Below are positions 23,228 to 35,071 of a stretch of DNA of 64,000 nt, piece after piece. This DNA comes from Raillietiella orientalis (lineage: Eukaryota): the NCBI GenBank assembly GCA_036172245.1, contig JAYWIR010000009.1, positions 4,526,001 to 4,590,000 of the forward strand, given 5' to 3'. How positions within the stretch are numbered: the stretch's first letter is position 1; every line of letters starts with the position of its first letter. Made by a program: the position numbers and the translations under genes. The notes under the pieces are model-generated. The model was not told the origin of the DNA, searched no databases, and saw only the letters and a list, made by a program, of their open reading frames with translations.

Positions 23228-25629
23228 TGAGCCCCCGTTAGCAGCATCGTTGGCGGCTTCCCCGGATGACACCTAGTGCCTCCGCGCACGAAGAGCGCAG
23301 CCTCACGGCCGTCAACGCGGGTGCGTCTTCGGGTGCTCCGCGCGGTTGTCGGCCACTGCTACTACCACCACCACTGCCGTCCTGATGAACGCGTTGCAAA
23401 CCGGAGGGGACGGGTGGTGGAGCAGCGCGGCCGCCGCTCCCCTTGCGGCTCCGGCACGGGCGAAGAGGGAGGTACGGCTCGGTACGTCTGCACGGACACA
23501 TCGGGCCGCGGGGTGATCAACGATGTGCATCCTCTGCTCCCGCTTGAGGGCACCGTTCTGCCTGTTTCCGCTCCCGGGTCATCCTCGTGCGCATCTTCTT
23601 CGCCCATGGAAGGAGCGGAAGCTCCGGGGGCAGCCGGAGGCGTTTTGCTGCCTGAGCCGGCCGTCCTTTTGCCTCGGCTGCTGTGGCCACCCGCAGCCGC
23701 GGGAGGTCGCGGACGGCAGCGCTCGAGAGTCGCGCTTGCGTCCGTCCAAACGCTTCGAGCGCGGCCCGCTTTCCAAAAGAGCCGACTGCATGAACGCCGC
23801 TTCGAAAGGGGCAGCACTCGAAATGAGGGGAAAGCCCAGTGTGAAATGGCGGGAAGCAGTCATTTCGCGATGGGCCTTCATTCCGAGCGTCCTCCACCCC
23901 CACCCCCCTCCTGATGAATTTCCGCGCATGGAGAAAGCGCAGGCGCGCGAAGAATTCGCTCGCGAAAGTGGTCGACCGCTGGTGGGCGGCCAAGTGTCAG
24001 CACGCGCGGATCGTTTGGCGCCAACGGATGGTGCACACATCCCCCTTTTCATCCCGAATGCTTCTGAATAATAGCTGTCACATCTTCCTGCTCTCTCACA
24101 CACACACTCGCCGTCACTCTGCGAACAACGGGAACGTGGCGCAGCCACCTTCACGCTACGCTGGCTCATCCCAGTCGAGGAATAACGGGAAAACCGCGTC
24201 CCGGAAGGACACAGAGCAACGTGGGAGCTTGCGGTCGCTAAATTACCCGCCGACCGCACCTCTGCTATGTGTACTTTTCCTATTTATGAGTGTGCACACC
24301 TTCCGCCCCGAGAGTTTGCCTTTTTTCAAGTCCACACTTTAGGACCCACGCGATTGTGATCGGTGGGAATTCTCCCCGAGAGATCCCGAGAACTGTTTCG
24401 GAGCCACAGGATCGCATGTCCAGGCGGAAAATGTCCTTGAAAATCATCACAAGGTGTGTTTTGGTTCGTAGAAATTGTGTTCGCGCTCCCAGGCCAAGGC
24501 TGACCGCCGCTTACAACCCCGGCTTTGTACTTCTCAGATGGATAGATCGGCCTGAATTTTCAGCGGAGGACCGGTGAAAGAAGGGGAGGAAAGTTCCATC
24601 CGCACCACTTTCCTCTTCCCCTGGAGAGCATGCCCTCACGTTCGCCGAGTGTTTTTATGAGGATGGGAACGCAAATGTTTCTCTTGGCTTGTCGTGCTTG
24701 CAGCCTCCTCCTGTTCTTGCAAGATAAAATTCGCAGTAGTTGGAGTTTCCCCGATTGGTTTCCTCCATGGTTAATCCATCCGCTTCTCCAAACTTCCGCG
24801 ATCCACTGATTTACCCGCCTCTATTTCGAAAAGAAAAAAAAAACGACCCTTGGTAGAAGGCAGGCCTTTGAATGCCATCCGTAAACAAACAAACCATGTC
24901 TCTTTTGCGTCAGAGGTTATGGAAGAGGCCATTTTGGATCGTGTTTTCATTAGGCTTTGATAATGGAGTTTACACAGGCAAGCTTCGAGCCCAGGAACAC
25001 GTATCTTCGTGCTTTTATCTAATCTCTTTTGTTTATTCCCTGAACAGTATCTTCGATTTTCGAAGGAAAAAACAACAACAACGCTGGATGAGGTCCTCAC
25101 TTCCTGGGGAATCGGACGGATGGGTTCGTAATCAACCGTTTCTCTTTCCGAGAATATTCTTCGTAATCTACCATTTCTCTTTCCGGGAAGGTGTTTTTGT
25201 CAGATTCTTTTCCCTCGGAGATAGGCGCGCACACTATTAAATTTCTTCAATATGTTATCAGTATTTTCTTTTCTTTTCTGTTTTTTTTAATGTGGAGACC
25301 TTTGCGCTTTCCGCTCCTGAAGCGGATCATTTTTTTATGAAAGAAAAAAAAAGGGGGAAAAAATGAGGGAAAAAGCAGGTGATCGAAGAGCTGATGACCG
25401 CCGCTTATCCGTGGTGCTTTCGGTTGCTAAGAGCCAGCAACTTTTCCGGCTGTCTCCTCCGCAGATAAGGTGAACAAGCCACGACACCACGAGCTGAGGA
25501 TCCTTCATTGCTCCCGTTTTAAACGCGGAGTGGTTCCCACCGTGAATAATGAAATGGGAATGCGTATCTAATCGTAATCGATCGTTTGACCCCGTCTCGA
25601 ATCGTTCTTCAGAACACGAGGAGCCGGAG

Positions 25630-26030
25630 GGAAAACATGCCAACTGGACACGGAGTCTTGGGAAACGTCGCCGTCGGAGGACACGTGATTTTGACAGAAC
25701 TTGGGAGTGTGCGTGAGGCAACACTCGGAGAATTGTTCTCCACCCAGAGGGCCACTTGAAGACCTCAGGTGCTTCCTGGCTTTTCCCTTTTCTTGAGAAG
25801 AAGAAAGCGTGACGCATTATTGGCATACCATGCCTTCTCTGGCAAACTCGCGTTTCTCTTAGGGGAGGCTCCCAGTGTTTTCCTTCCTCCTCGAGGTGTG
25901 AAAGACAGCCTTGGAAAGGTCACTTGCACCTCTGCTTACAAGGTCGATCTCCACAACCCGATCGACGACACGAAGAACTTTATCTTTCACGTTACGGAAC
26001 CACCGTGGGAATCGGCATCCGGGAATCCCA
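25630..26030 (-). mobile_element. Decayed Jockey/I-like LINE RT fragment
   Basis: RFPRWFRNVKDKVLRVVDRV...DLSKAVF (resembling GFR..ST.DQVLRL...DLSKAFD) is followed downstream by GDVSQDSVSS (resembling GVPQGSVLS). Confidence 0.45.
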
Positions 26031-29000
26031 CAGCTGCAGCAGTGTGAAAGATAGTCTGCTCCTTCTCCGTGTTTGATCAGAAATCCGAACACACCTACAT
26101 AACGTCAAGATACGTCTGCCTCGAGAGCAAGTGTAAACACGGCGATCTGTTTCTACCGTAAACGTGTCAGCTAGAACCGATCGAGCAAATGATTGATGTA
26201 AATGATTAAAACTTTATCGAGAGTTTTTTTTTGTAGCTTGGGCGATTATTTTGTAAACTGGAGTGTGCTGTTTACATCCTGTCTACATAAACTTTTATTT
26301 ACACAGTAAGTCTGAACGGATTTCGTCACAGTCGGAATGATCCGGATTGTAACGTCCCAACTTCTTGATGGAGATTCCTCAACCAGTTTTTTGACATCCA
26401 CACAAAACTACGGAGTGACCTTGTAATTAACACGAAAGGTGAAGGCAGCCTGCTCTTGGAAGATGTTATGGAAAGTAAGTGGAGAGGAATATTGGAGTTA
26501 ACCGGAAGGATGAATGGTACGGGAAACGCGGTGCCCTTGGCTGCGTGGTTGAGATCGTCCGTCGTATCGTACCTTTAGATCATAAGCATGTTCCTTCAGC
26601 ATCCCTCTTCGCGATCTTGGACCCCCCAGTCTTCAGTTCCCTGATCTACTTGCCCTGAGCATGTATTTTTGTGACCCCGTTCTTGTGATGGCATTTTTCT
26701 GTATTTGCCCCTTCAGAGCAAATTGTTTTTGATGACAGTAATGGCACTTTTTCTTTCGAAGAAACGGCAATCGGATGTGTGGAAGCAAGTGGTGTTCTTA
26801 GATACACTTGATCCGAGATCACGGAAGAAAACGAACAAATCCCCTACTGATCTACGTCCGCGGGAAGATATGGGCAGCAATTCAAAAGTTAGCAGAAGAG
26901 TGATTTCCTGGAAAGGGTGTAAAAAAAAAAAAAACTAAACTCTCATAGACTGGTTGCTCAGTCTACGAGGGTTTATCTTTTGAGCAACCAAAACGTCTCA
27001 ACCGAATGCTGCGGATGTGTTTTGCTAATTCGTGTACACTCGTATATTCCCCACTCGTACAGATAAGTTCGGTTGGTAACCAAGTTCATGCATTTTTAAG
27101 ACATCATGGATTTATGGTGGCGGAACCGAACAACACAGAAACTTTTCTCATCAGGTTCAAGGTTATATGAAACCATGCAAGGATGCTTATGATTTGTCCT
27201 TCAAAGTTCTGCACATGCATTTCAAGCAAGCGAAACGTGAGTGCACCAAATGTTTTCTCTTGTTCCCTGTGGATTTGCCCAGCTACATCATCGCGAGTAC
27301 TCTTTCTGGCTTGCACAGCCTGAATATTCTGCAGCAGCAGCAGCAGCTTCTCATTGCTTCGTTCAATCACTCTACTTCCTACTCTATTTCTGCTTCCACC
27401 ATGCTCTTGATCGGAACATGGAGGCAAAATATCTTTCACTACATCCCAGACTCTCTGGTGGATACATTTTTATTTAAACTCCTGAGTAATAAAGAGGCAG
27501 AATTGGACCAATGGAGATCTGCAAGTGATGGATACTTTCACTCTAGGAAACAACTACAATGGTATTCCAAATCATTATAATCCCACATTATTTCTATACA
27601 CCGTTGCTTTGGTCTCGAATCCAAGAGAGATGAAGGACACACTAAGAAATCATTAACCTGTTCCAATCTCGTCACCACTGTTATGGGAACTCTCATCTAC
27701 ACATCTCATACCAAACTTGCCGTGTGCATTATGAAGAACAATGAATCACTGGTCACAATTGCTCGATAATTGGTCTAATTGGTAATACTGCTGTTCACTG
27801 GGTTCAGTGCTTCATAAATCTTCTGTATTAACTCGATCAATCTGTAAGAAAGGAAACCTGTTGGTAGCAGAGATAATGGAGGAACATCCCATAGAATTTA
27901 CGTCTTCATTCACTTTCCAAATGGAAAGAAACGCCTACATGTAATACTGTGTTTCATCATGGGATGTACAGCCCCATCATTATTACCATGGTAAACTACC
28001 ACCAAAGTAATGACCCTTACACTTAACTCTCATACATCTACCATCGACTTTAACCTTCTCCATACGAAATCATGGCACATCAGCATCATTTTCAACAAAC
28101 TCTTCCATTCAACTTACTTGATGAACAAAACCTCCAAGACTTGAAAAACCCTTGGTCGCAAAAATGAATCTGACTTCTGTGACATGATGTTAACAGACCC
28201 CAAGAATGTATCCCTTCCCTGTTTGGAGTTCATATTCTCACAGAAGACTTACGTTCACAATTCCTTTTCACATTAAAGACAAAACATGGGTAAGTCCACA
28301 GCAGCAGTACCAAAAAAAATTTCATAGCTCGCGTGGTTCACATTTACCACTGCCTAATTGGAGGTTTTTCCATGTCTAGGATTATTTGTTTTCCCTCCTC
28401 TCCCATTCTGATTAGTGAGCTTTTTTCCCCATTTCCTAAATGGTATCAACCATTTGTGTCGAATCCTCAATTTTAATTTACCAAGTTCACTCTTCAGGAT
28501 CATATTTTACTATGTGGACATCTGTGCAGCCTTAATCTTCAGGAAATTGCCTCCAATATTGTTATTTGGGCTCACTCAGCTCTAGTATACTCCTTACAAA
28601 CGCCTTCAGACTAAGCTAACTGAGGTGATAAAGTCATCAGTCCAATTCTATACTCCAGACTTGGAATTGAGGATCTTCACTAGAAGTTCTACTCTCCTGT
28701 CAATCAATACTCTGACTCCTCTATGTGGCCTTTTTACATGCCTCATCATGACGAATATCCACTAATTTGATGATAATTCTTCTCATTTACTGCTAGTCTC
28801 CTGGACTAAGATAGAAAAAAAAAAAAAAAACCCTGGTTCATGGCAGCATTTACATGAACACTACTGACACTTTCACCAATCCATCTATTCAGGCTGTACT
28901 GCTTCTCACACAAAAGCACCCTCACTTTCATTATCTCACCATCCACTGTTACTTAATGCAAATTCTTTACTAAATTATGAGCTTTCCTGAGGATAAGTAA

Positions 29001-32000
29001 TGATGAACTGCCTCAGTAGTTCTTCATTTATTCTTCTGTTTTCTTATGAAGGTGAACCACCTAATTTCCTTGATGAAACTTATCCATTCTTCCCAATTGA
29101 CTACCTATGTCTTGCTTTTTTTTTCTTTTATTTTCCGAACAGACGAGTGAACCTGTTGTGAGGCCCACAAAAGAATCTCGAGCAAACCTTACTTCATCCA
29201 CTTCTCCTAACTATAGACCTTGCAGTCCCATACTCACTCCTTACTCATATTGCCCCACCCATTATACCTTAATCTAGAATGATGCTAATACCATCATCTT
29301 TTGATAAATTTGGTAGGGACATTTCAGGTAGAGATATTCCAATACTTGTTCCTTTAAATTTTTACATCCTTAGTTCCCAACCTATTCAATGCCATCATTC
29401 CCTACCTACTGAAAACTCTTCCCCTTCTTTCTCTTATTCCCAAGCTAGGGACAAAAAAGTTAAAGCTTTAGTACACCAGTCATAAAAGATTACTCTACTT
29501 CGTGCAACTTGAAATGAATCCATCACCTAAAAATTATTTGTTTTCTACCTTACCTTATCAGTATCAAACACCTCCTTCAACTAATTGTGTGATTCTCCGT
29601 GTCACTACTCTTGCTAAAAAACTCACATATAATTTACGAGAAAACCTTGCAGGCATAAACAGTTCCCAATTTCAATTTCTTCACTTCCTCAAGACAGAAA
29701 CTTGGAAGGATCCCTGTTCATCAATTCAGCAAGAAGAAATTGGATGGGGAGGAAAAGACTCAGTTAAAGCAAACGTGGGAACAGAATGTGAAAGAAAAGC
29801 TAATTCCAGTGATCAGAGCTAACATAGAACAATCAGTTACTAATTGCTCTGCACAGACAGTAGATTCATAGTCATAATGTAATATAAGAAGGCATTTCAA
29901 ACCCCCTTTTCAATGATGCACAAACATCACTGGTGAGGAATTGATTTCAACCACCAGCTCATCTAAGCAATATTGGAATCTCTCTCCTTTAACCTCCCCT
30001 CATGAAAAATCTACACATGCTCTTTGCATGATACATTTGAAAAGGAATCACATCCTTCATCTAAGAAAACATTTCTGTCATTGCTTCCAAACAAAGAACA
30101 TCTACGCTCACACTTTCGAATCTGAATTCTAGCATTTGCATTCCATGCAAAAGACGTTTCAAATTAAACATAAGAATATCTGGAAGATGGAATTTGCCTC
30201 ACTGACAATAAATTTCGCTTCTAAGATGCATTCCCACAGGAATTCTATGAATGCTTAACAACTGAAATCGTATATCCCATTATATATCAATCTATCAAGC
30301 ATCCTTTATCACATGCACTTGAAATCATCACTTCTAGGCCATATGGCATCCATCTGTATTCAGAACATTGCAGCAATCAGCTCAAATAGACCCTTACAAT
30401 ATTCTGACTACAACATAATGACATTACCGACATCAACTCTGGCATCATGACCAATACACTTGCAACCTCTCTCCATGAAAAGAATCTCACAAAGATGAAA
30501 TGCAGTCTGCCTATGCTCCTTATACATGAGATCATGTGGAACTTTTTCTGCAGACAGACCAATATGCTTAAATGTACTTCATCTCATCTCATCCCATACA
30601 CTGATTAGGTCACCAGGACCCAAATTCATATCAATTTCATCTTCCTTGGAAACTGCACAACTAAATGTTTTTTTTATCACTAGATTGATTCTCTTAAAAA
30701 CAAATGTATGCAGCATGAAGGTGCTTCCTCAGTTACTCCTTTTAGAGAACCTCTTAGATTACTGTAATTCGTCCCACAGCTACAGTATTCCTGGTAGAAG
30801 TTTCATTGCATCTTCTCTTGCTTTACACATAACATAAACTATTTATTCAATGGAAGAACAAAAACCAAATAGCATTACCGAATCCAATCTCTCACTGAAA
30901 TTGATAATGAAAAAGCAACTATTACACCATCTTAATTCTGCAAAAATACCTAAACTACTCCACCCCTTAAGCAGGCTTTATTTTATATCATGAATATGAA
31001 AAACGTTCCTTTTTGACGCTGTTTTTTAATCTGTTGATTATTCACTTCACAAATCAATACTCATCCTTTGCATTTACATTCCCACAATAAACAAAACCTT
31101 TTTGAACTTTGTGTTTGCATAATTAATTAATTCAGCATTCTACTTTGGAAATAAATGGGATTAAAATCTGCAGAAACATAGTTGACGTCTCCTATCATCT
31201 CAACCATTTCTAGTTGTGTAAAAAGGAAAGCACATCCACATGCAATTGGTCATACAGTCACAGATACAAATATATCAGCATAGTAACTCCGACTATAATT
31301 TCATTATATTCTGCCCATATTTAATATAAGTTTAATCTGTCGTCAGCATGTGACGCTATTTAAAGATACTGTCCACATAAAACATTACAAGAATATAAAC
31401 AATATGTTTGCCACTTGACAATTATTTTAAATACCTATGTCCTTCAATACTTTCTTTGATTTTTAACAAGAAATCATATTATTTGCTATAATTATTTACT
31501 AATATAATTGTAAAGCACGAAGAATTTAGGTATTGCAACATCAAAGAACCCTCCTTTCTTAGTTGCAACTCTGGATACATCCTATGCATTTACTTCACAT
31601 TACACCTACATCACTCTAAATTAATCAAGTAGAATATGTTTAAGTTTAGATCCTAACATACAGGAAATCCATAATTGTTGGCTACTGATTCGCATGATTA
31701 TTCTACTTGTAAGTCAAGGTTATTGGCCTACACAGTCAGAATACTGAATTCGTGTATATTCCATCGCTCTCACCGGTGAAATACACGGAGCATGCACAAT
31801 TTGGATGGGATTTAACACATGCGTGGATCCATGTTTCAAATTTTTCCACCTTTGGTGTGATCCAAAGTCTTTGCATAAACCTATCTTAGAGTCATCATTA
31901 AACCTGACATCATTAATTTAACAGTTTGCACTCGAGATACATAACAGAGACCCCATCAACCAATACTTACAAGAAAAAAAAAAATCGAGTAACAGCACTT

Positions 32001-33554
32001 AAATGTATGCAATCAGTTAATGATTTGAGTTATGCATAAGTAGCCAATTTAATGTTTTCTCCAGCAGTTTAATAATCTAACATGTAAAAATATTTTTAAT
32101 GAAAATGGTTATTAAGTATTATAAAAAACACATCATCCTAATAATTATGGTACAGAATAGCCAATATCATATCTATTACATTTACATAAAACAACTTCTC
32201 AGACTTTTGTTATTTCTTCTAACTTCAGTTTCCATGATTCTTATAGAGCAGCTTTCCGAAGCCAATGTGTTGCAAGTATACATAAAAATTGGGAACTGGA
32301 TGCTGATAGTCAGTAGTAGATATTCTTAACTAGGGATGTTAAAGCTTGATTCCCAGCTTAACGTTGTACTTCGAAAGGAAGCTCAATATCAGAGTTTTCT
32401 CCTGATTCAGGGTCTACACTTCCCCACGTGGTTTTGTTGGAAAAATGTCATGCCATTAACTCAAAGATCATACACATCATATGACATGGGTCATTGATCC
32501 CCATATTATCTTGGGGGTGGGGCGGATCAATTTGAAGGATGCCACTTATAGGATGATGAAAATCTAGAATTCTTAGTTTCACAAAAATTGATGCATTACT
32601 ATCTTGCTTGTTTTGTGTTTATTTAAAAGGAGACATATTACTCAGATTCAAGAAAGCAATCTAGCCCAAACTGATTTAGGTGACAAACCAGTAAAAAATT
32701 TCAAGACAGCTGATTATGTGGTTAAACAACCTGTGTGTTTTCTGTAATTTCTTTTTTAAATCGAATATTTTACATACGTACAAATCATGTATCTTTGGCA
32801 ACTCTGCAACGCTCCTGTAAAGCATACTTTCTCCGGGGACCTTGGATTCTGTTGTAATTCTGCAATCCCGCATATGCGAATGGATCAGACATCTATTAAG
32901 ATAACAAGATGGGAAGTGTCCACCAAGCGACACGTAATCTGGCAGTTGATCCTCTGGACCGGAATACGTCTTATGCGGCGTCGCCTTTCCCATGCTGAAC
33001 CACTCTGCCACTGACAACGTGGTTCTAACTCTGGAGGGAACTTTGACCTTAGACCACCAATAACGCTTCAATGCACCCTATAGAATTCCCAAAATTTGAC
33101 TGTTGTTTCCACTCACGACTCGAATGTACAAAGCTTTGTACAGTCTAGTTTGTCGTTTGCCGCAGTACAAAGATGTTCACTATCTAATTGACTTGCAAAA
33201 ACAATGGGTTGAAGATACGTATGGAAATTTAGTTGCATCGTGATATTGTAGTTAATCATTAGGAGGCAGGTTTCCTTGTGAATTTGTAATTAGTTCCTGC
33301 ATGTGTTGCGATTTCACACTTGTACTCGCGTATTAATTTGCTTGAGTTTTTCATGGTAGTCGAAAACTTGAGGACGTGAATTCCTTGGTCTCGTATTTCA
33401 TTCACCCGATATTTCTATCGGTTTTCCGCAAACAGAATTTTAATATGATGTTCCAGCGTTTTCATTTGAAGCATGAAATTACTTGTTTGAATAATTGAAT
33501 GAAATCATATGTTGTAGATTTTTATAATCGAGTGTGTACAATGGAAGAATTACC

Positions 33555-35071
33555 ATGAGTCGCTTGCTTTCCTTGTGGAGATTTAATTTGCCAAAAGAGA
33601 CATCACTGTATTCAGGTGGAAGTCTGAAGTATCTTTACACCATAACATCCCGCCCAATTGCTAGTCAAACGTTTGTATTGTTTTGCAATATGATTTTTTT
33701 TTGCAATAAATTTTTAAAGAAATATGATTTAATGTAAGTTTCCGTTATGGATAGATCTCTGTCTCATTTACATGTGGGAGAAGGTTGTACCGAACCAAAT
33801 TTTAAGCAGGAGCTAAATAAATATAAAGAGTCTGTTAAAAATGATATATTAGATAACGCAGCTTTGAGAAAAAATGATTTTAACGGTTCTAAAATTATTG
33901 AACACATAAGTAATGTAAGTTGATTAGTAAATATATTCCAGTAAGAAACTTTTTTAATCCAGATGTTGAACTATAACTTGTGTGGTGGTAAAATGAACCG
34001 AGCCCTCATGCTAGTAACAGCTTATCAACTTTTATCAACATTTCAATCTAAAGCAACATTGGATATGCAGCTTGCTTGTGTTTTAGCTTGGTGTATAGAA
34101 ATAGTAAGATTACAGCACAGTCAGTTATGCAGTCAGTTATGTCACATATGCAGCTTCAAGCATTTTTACTGATATGTGATGATATAATGGATGGATCACA
34201 TCTGAGAAGAGGCAAACCATGTTGGTATAAGGTTCCAGGAATCCATATGATGGCAGTGAATGATGCATTATTGCTGGAAAGTGCTATTTACCGATTATTA
34301 GCAAAATACTTTAGGAAAAGGTCTTATTATAGTGAGCTTGTGGAACTTTTCCATGAAGTATACATATCCTGCATAGTCTTTAGCTAACACATATTTAGGT
34401 TATTTGGAAAACATCACTAGGCCAAGCAGCAGATATGTTGCAGGGTGTTAGAAATCAGGAAAGTTTTCAGCTGGAGTACTGTACTTTAGCTCAGTATAAT
34501 TGGGTGGTAGAACACAAGACAGCACATTATTCTTTTTATTTGCCTGTTGCATGCGCTATGTACATGGTCAGTAATGTTACTTAAAGGTTTAATCTTGTTA
34601 GTATTTTTTAGACTAACATTACTAACATGGATATACATGAAAAAGCAAAAAATTTGTTACTAAAAATGGGATGTTATTTTCAGGTTCAAGTAAGTTCAGT
34701 ATTACATAAAATTTGTACTAATTTGTTGTGAATAGGATGATTATCTAGACTGCTATCAACCATCTGAAACAACAGGGAAAGATTCCACAGATATCCAACA
34801 AGGAAAATGCACATGGCTTTTAGTTCAAGCATTACAACATTCTAACGAAAATCAGCAACAGATATTGCGGAAGTATTATGGAAGAGAAGATAAAGGAAGT
34901 ATTCAAACTGTTATAAAACTGTATAATGAACTAGGCTTGCCTGATGTTTATAAGCACTGGCAACAAAAAGTTCTAAATGATCTGAAAAAGGACATCAGTC
35001 TTTTGCCTCCTGAACTTCCAGCTAGTCTCTTCACTTATGTCCTTAGCCTGATACAGGATCGTAACAAATAG
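33555..35071 (+). CDS. FDPS: Farnesyl diphosphate synthase, with an optional N-terminal leader exon; alternative ATG at 33747
   Basis: Exons (33555-33670), 33755-33914, 33963-34103, 34154-34357, 34399-34566, 34612-34689, 34736-35071. Motifs: [42 protein letters not shown] (FARM), [29 protein letters not shown] (SARM), [14 protein letters not shown] and C-terminal RNK. Confidence 0.96.

Noticed and set aside
23911..23950. Hammerhead-like CTGATGA...GAAA
   Set aside because: It lacks the stem II closing G-C pair and the UH cleavage site after stem III.
23276..24342. Several 140-230 aa overlapping ORFs
   Set aside because: Expected in very GC-rich DNA; low complexity and no gag zinc knuckle or other domain recognised.
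33060..33240. In-frame TGA in one possible spliced frame (selenoprotein idea)
   Set aside because: No CxxU/UxxC context, no family resemblance, and no SECIS identified.
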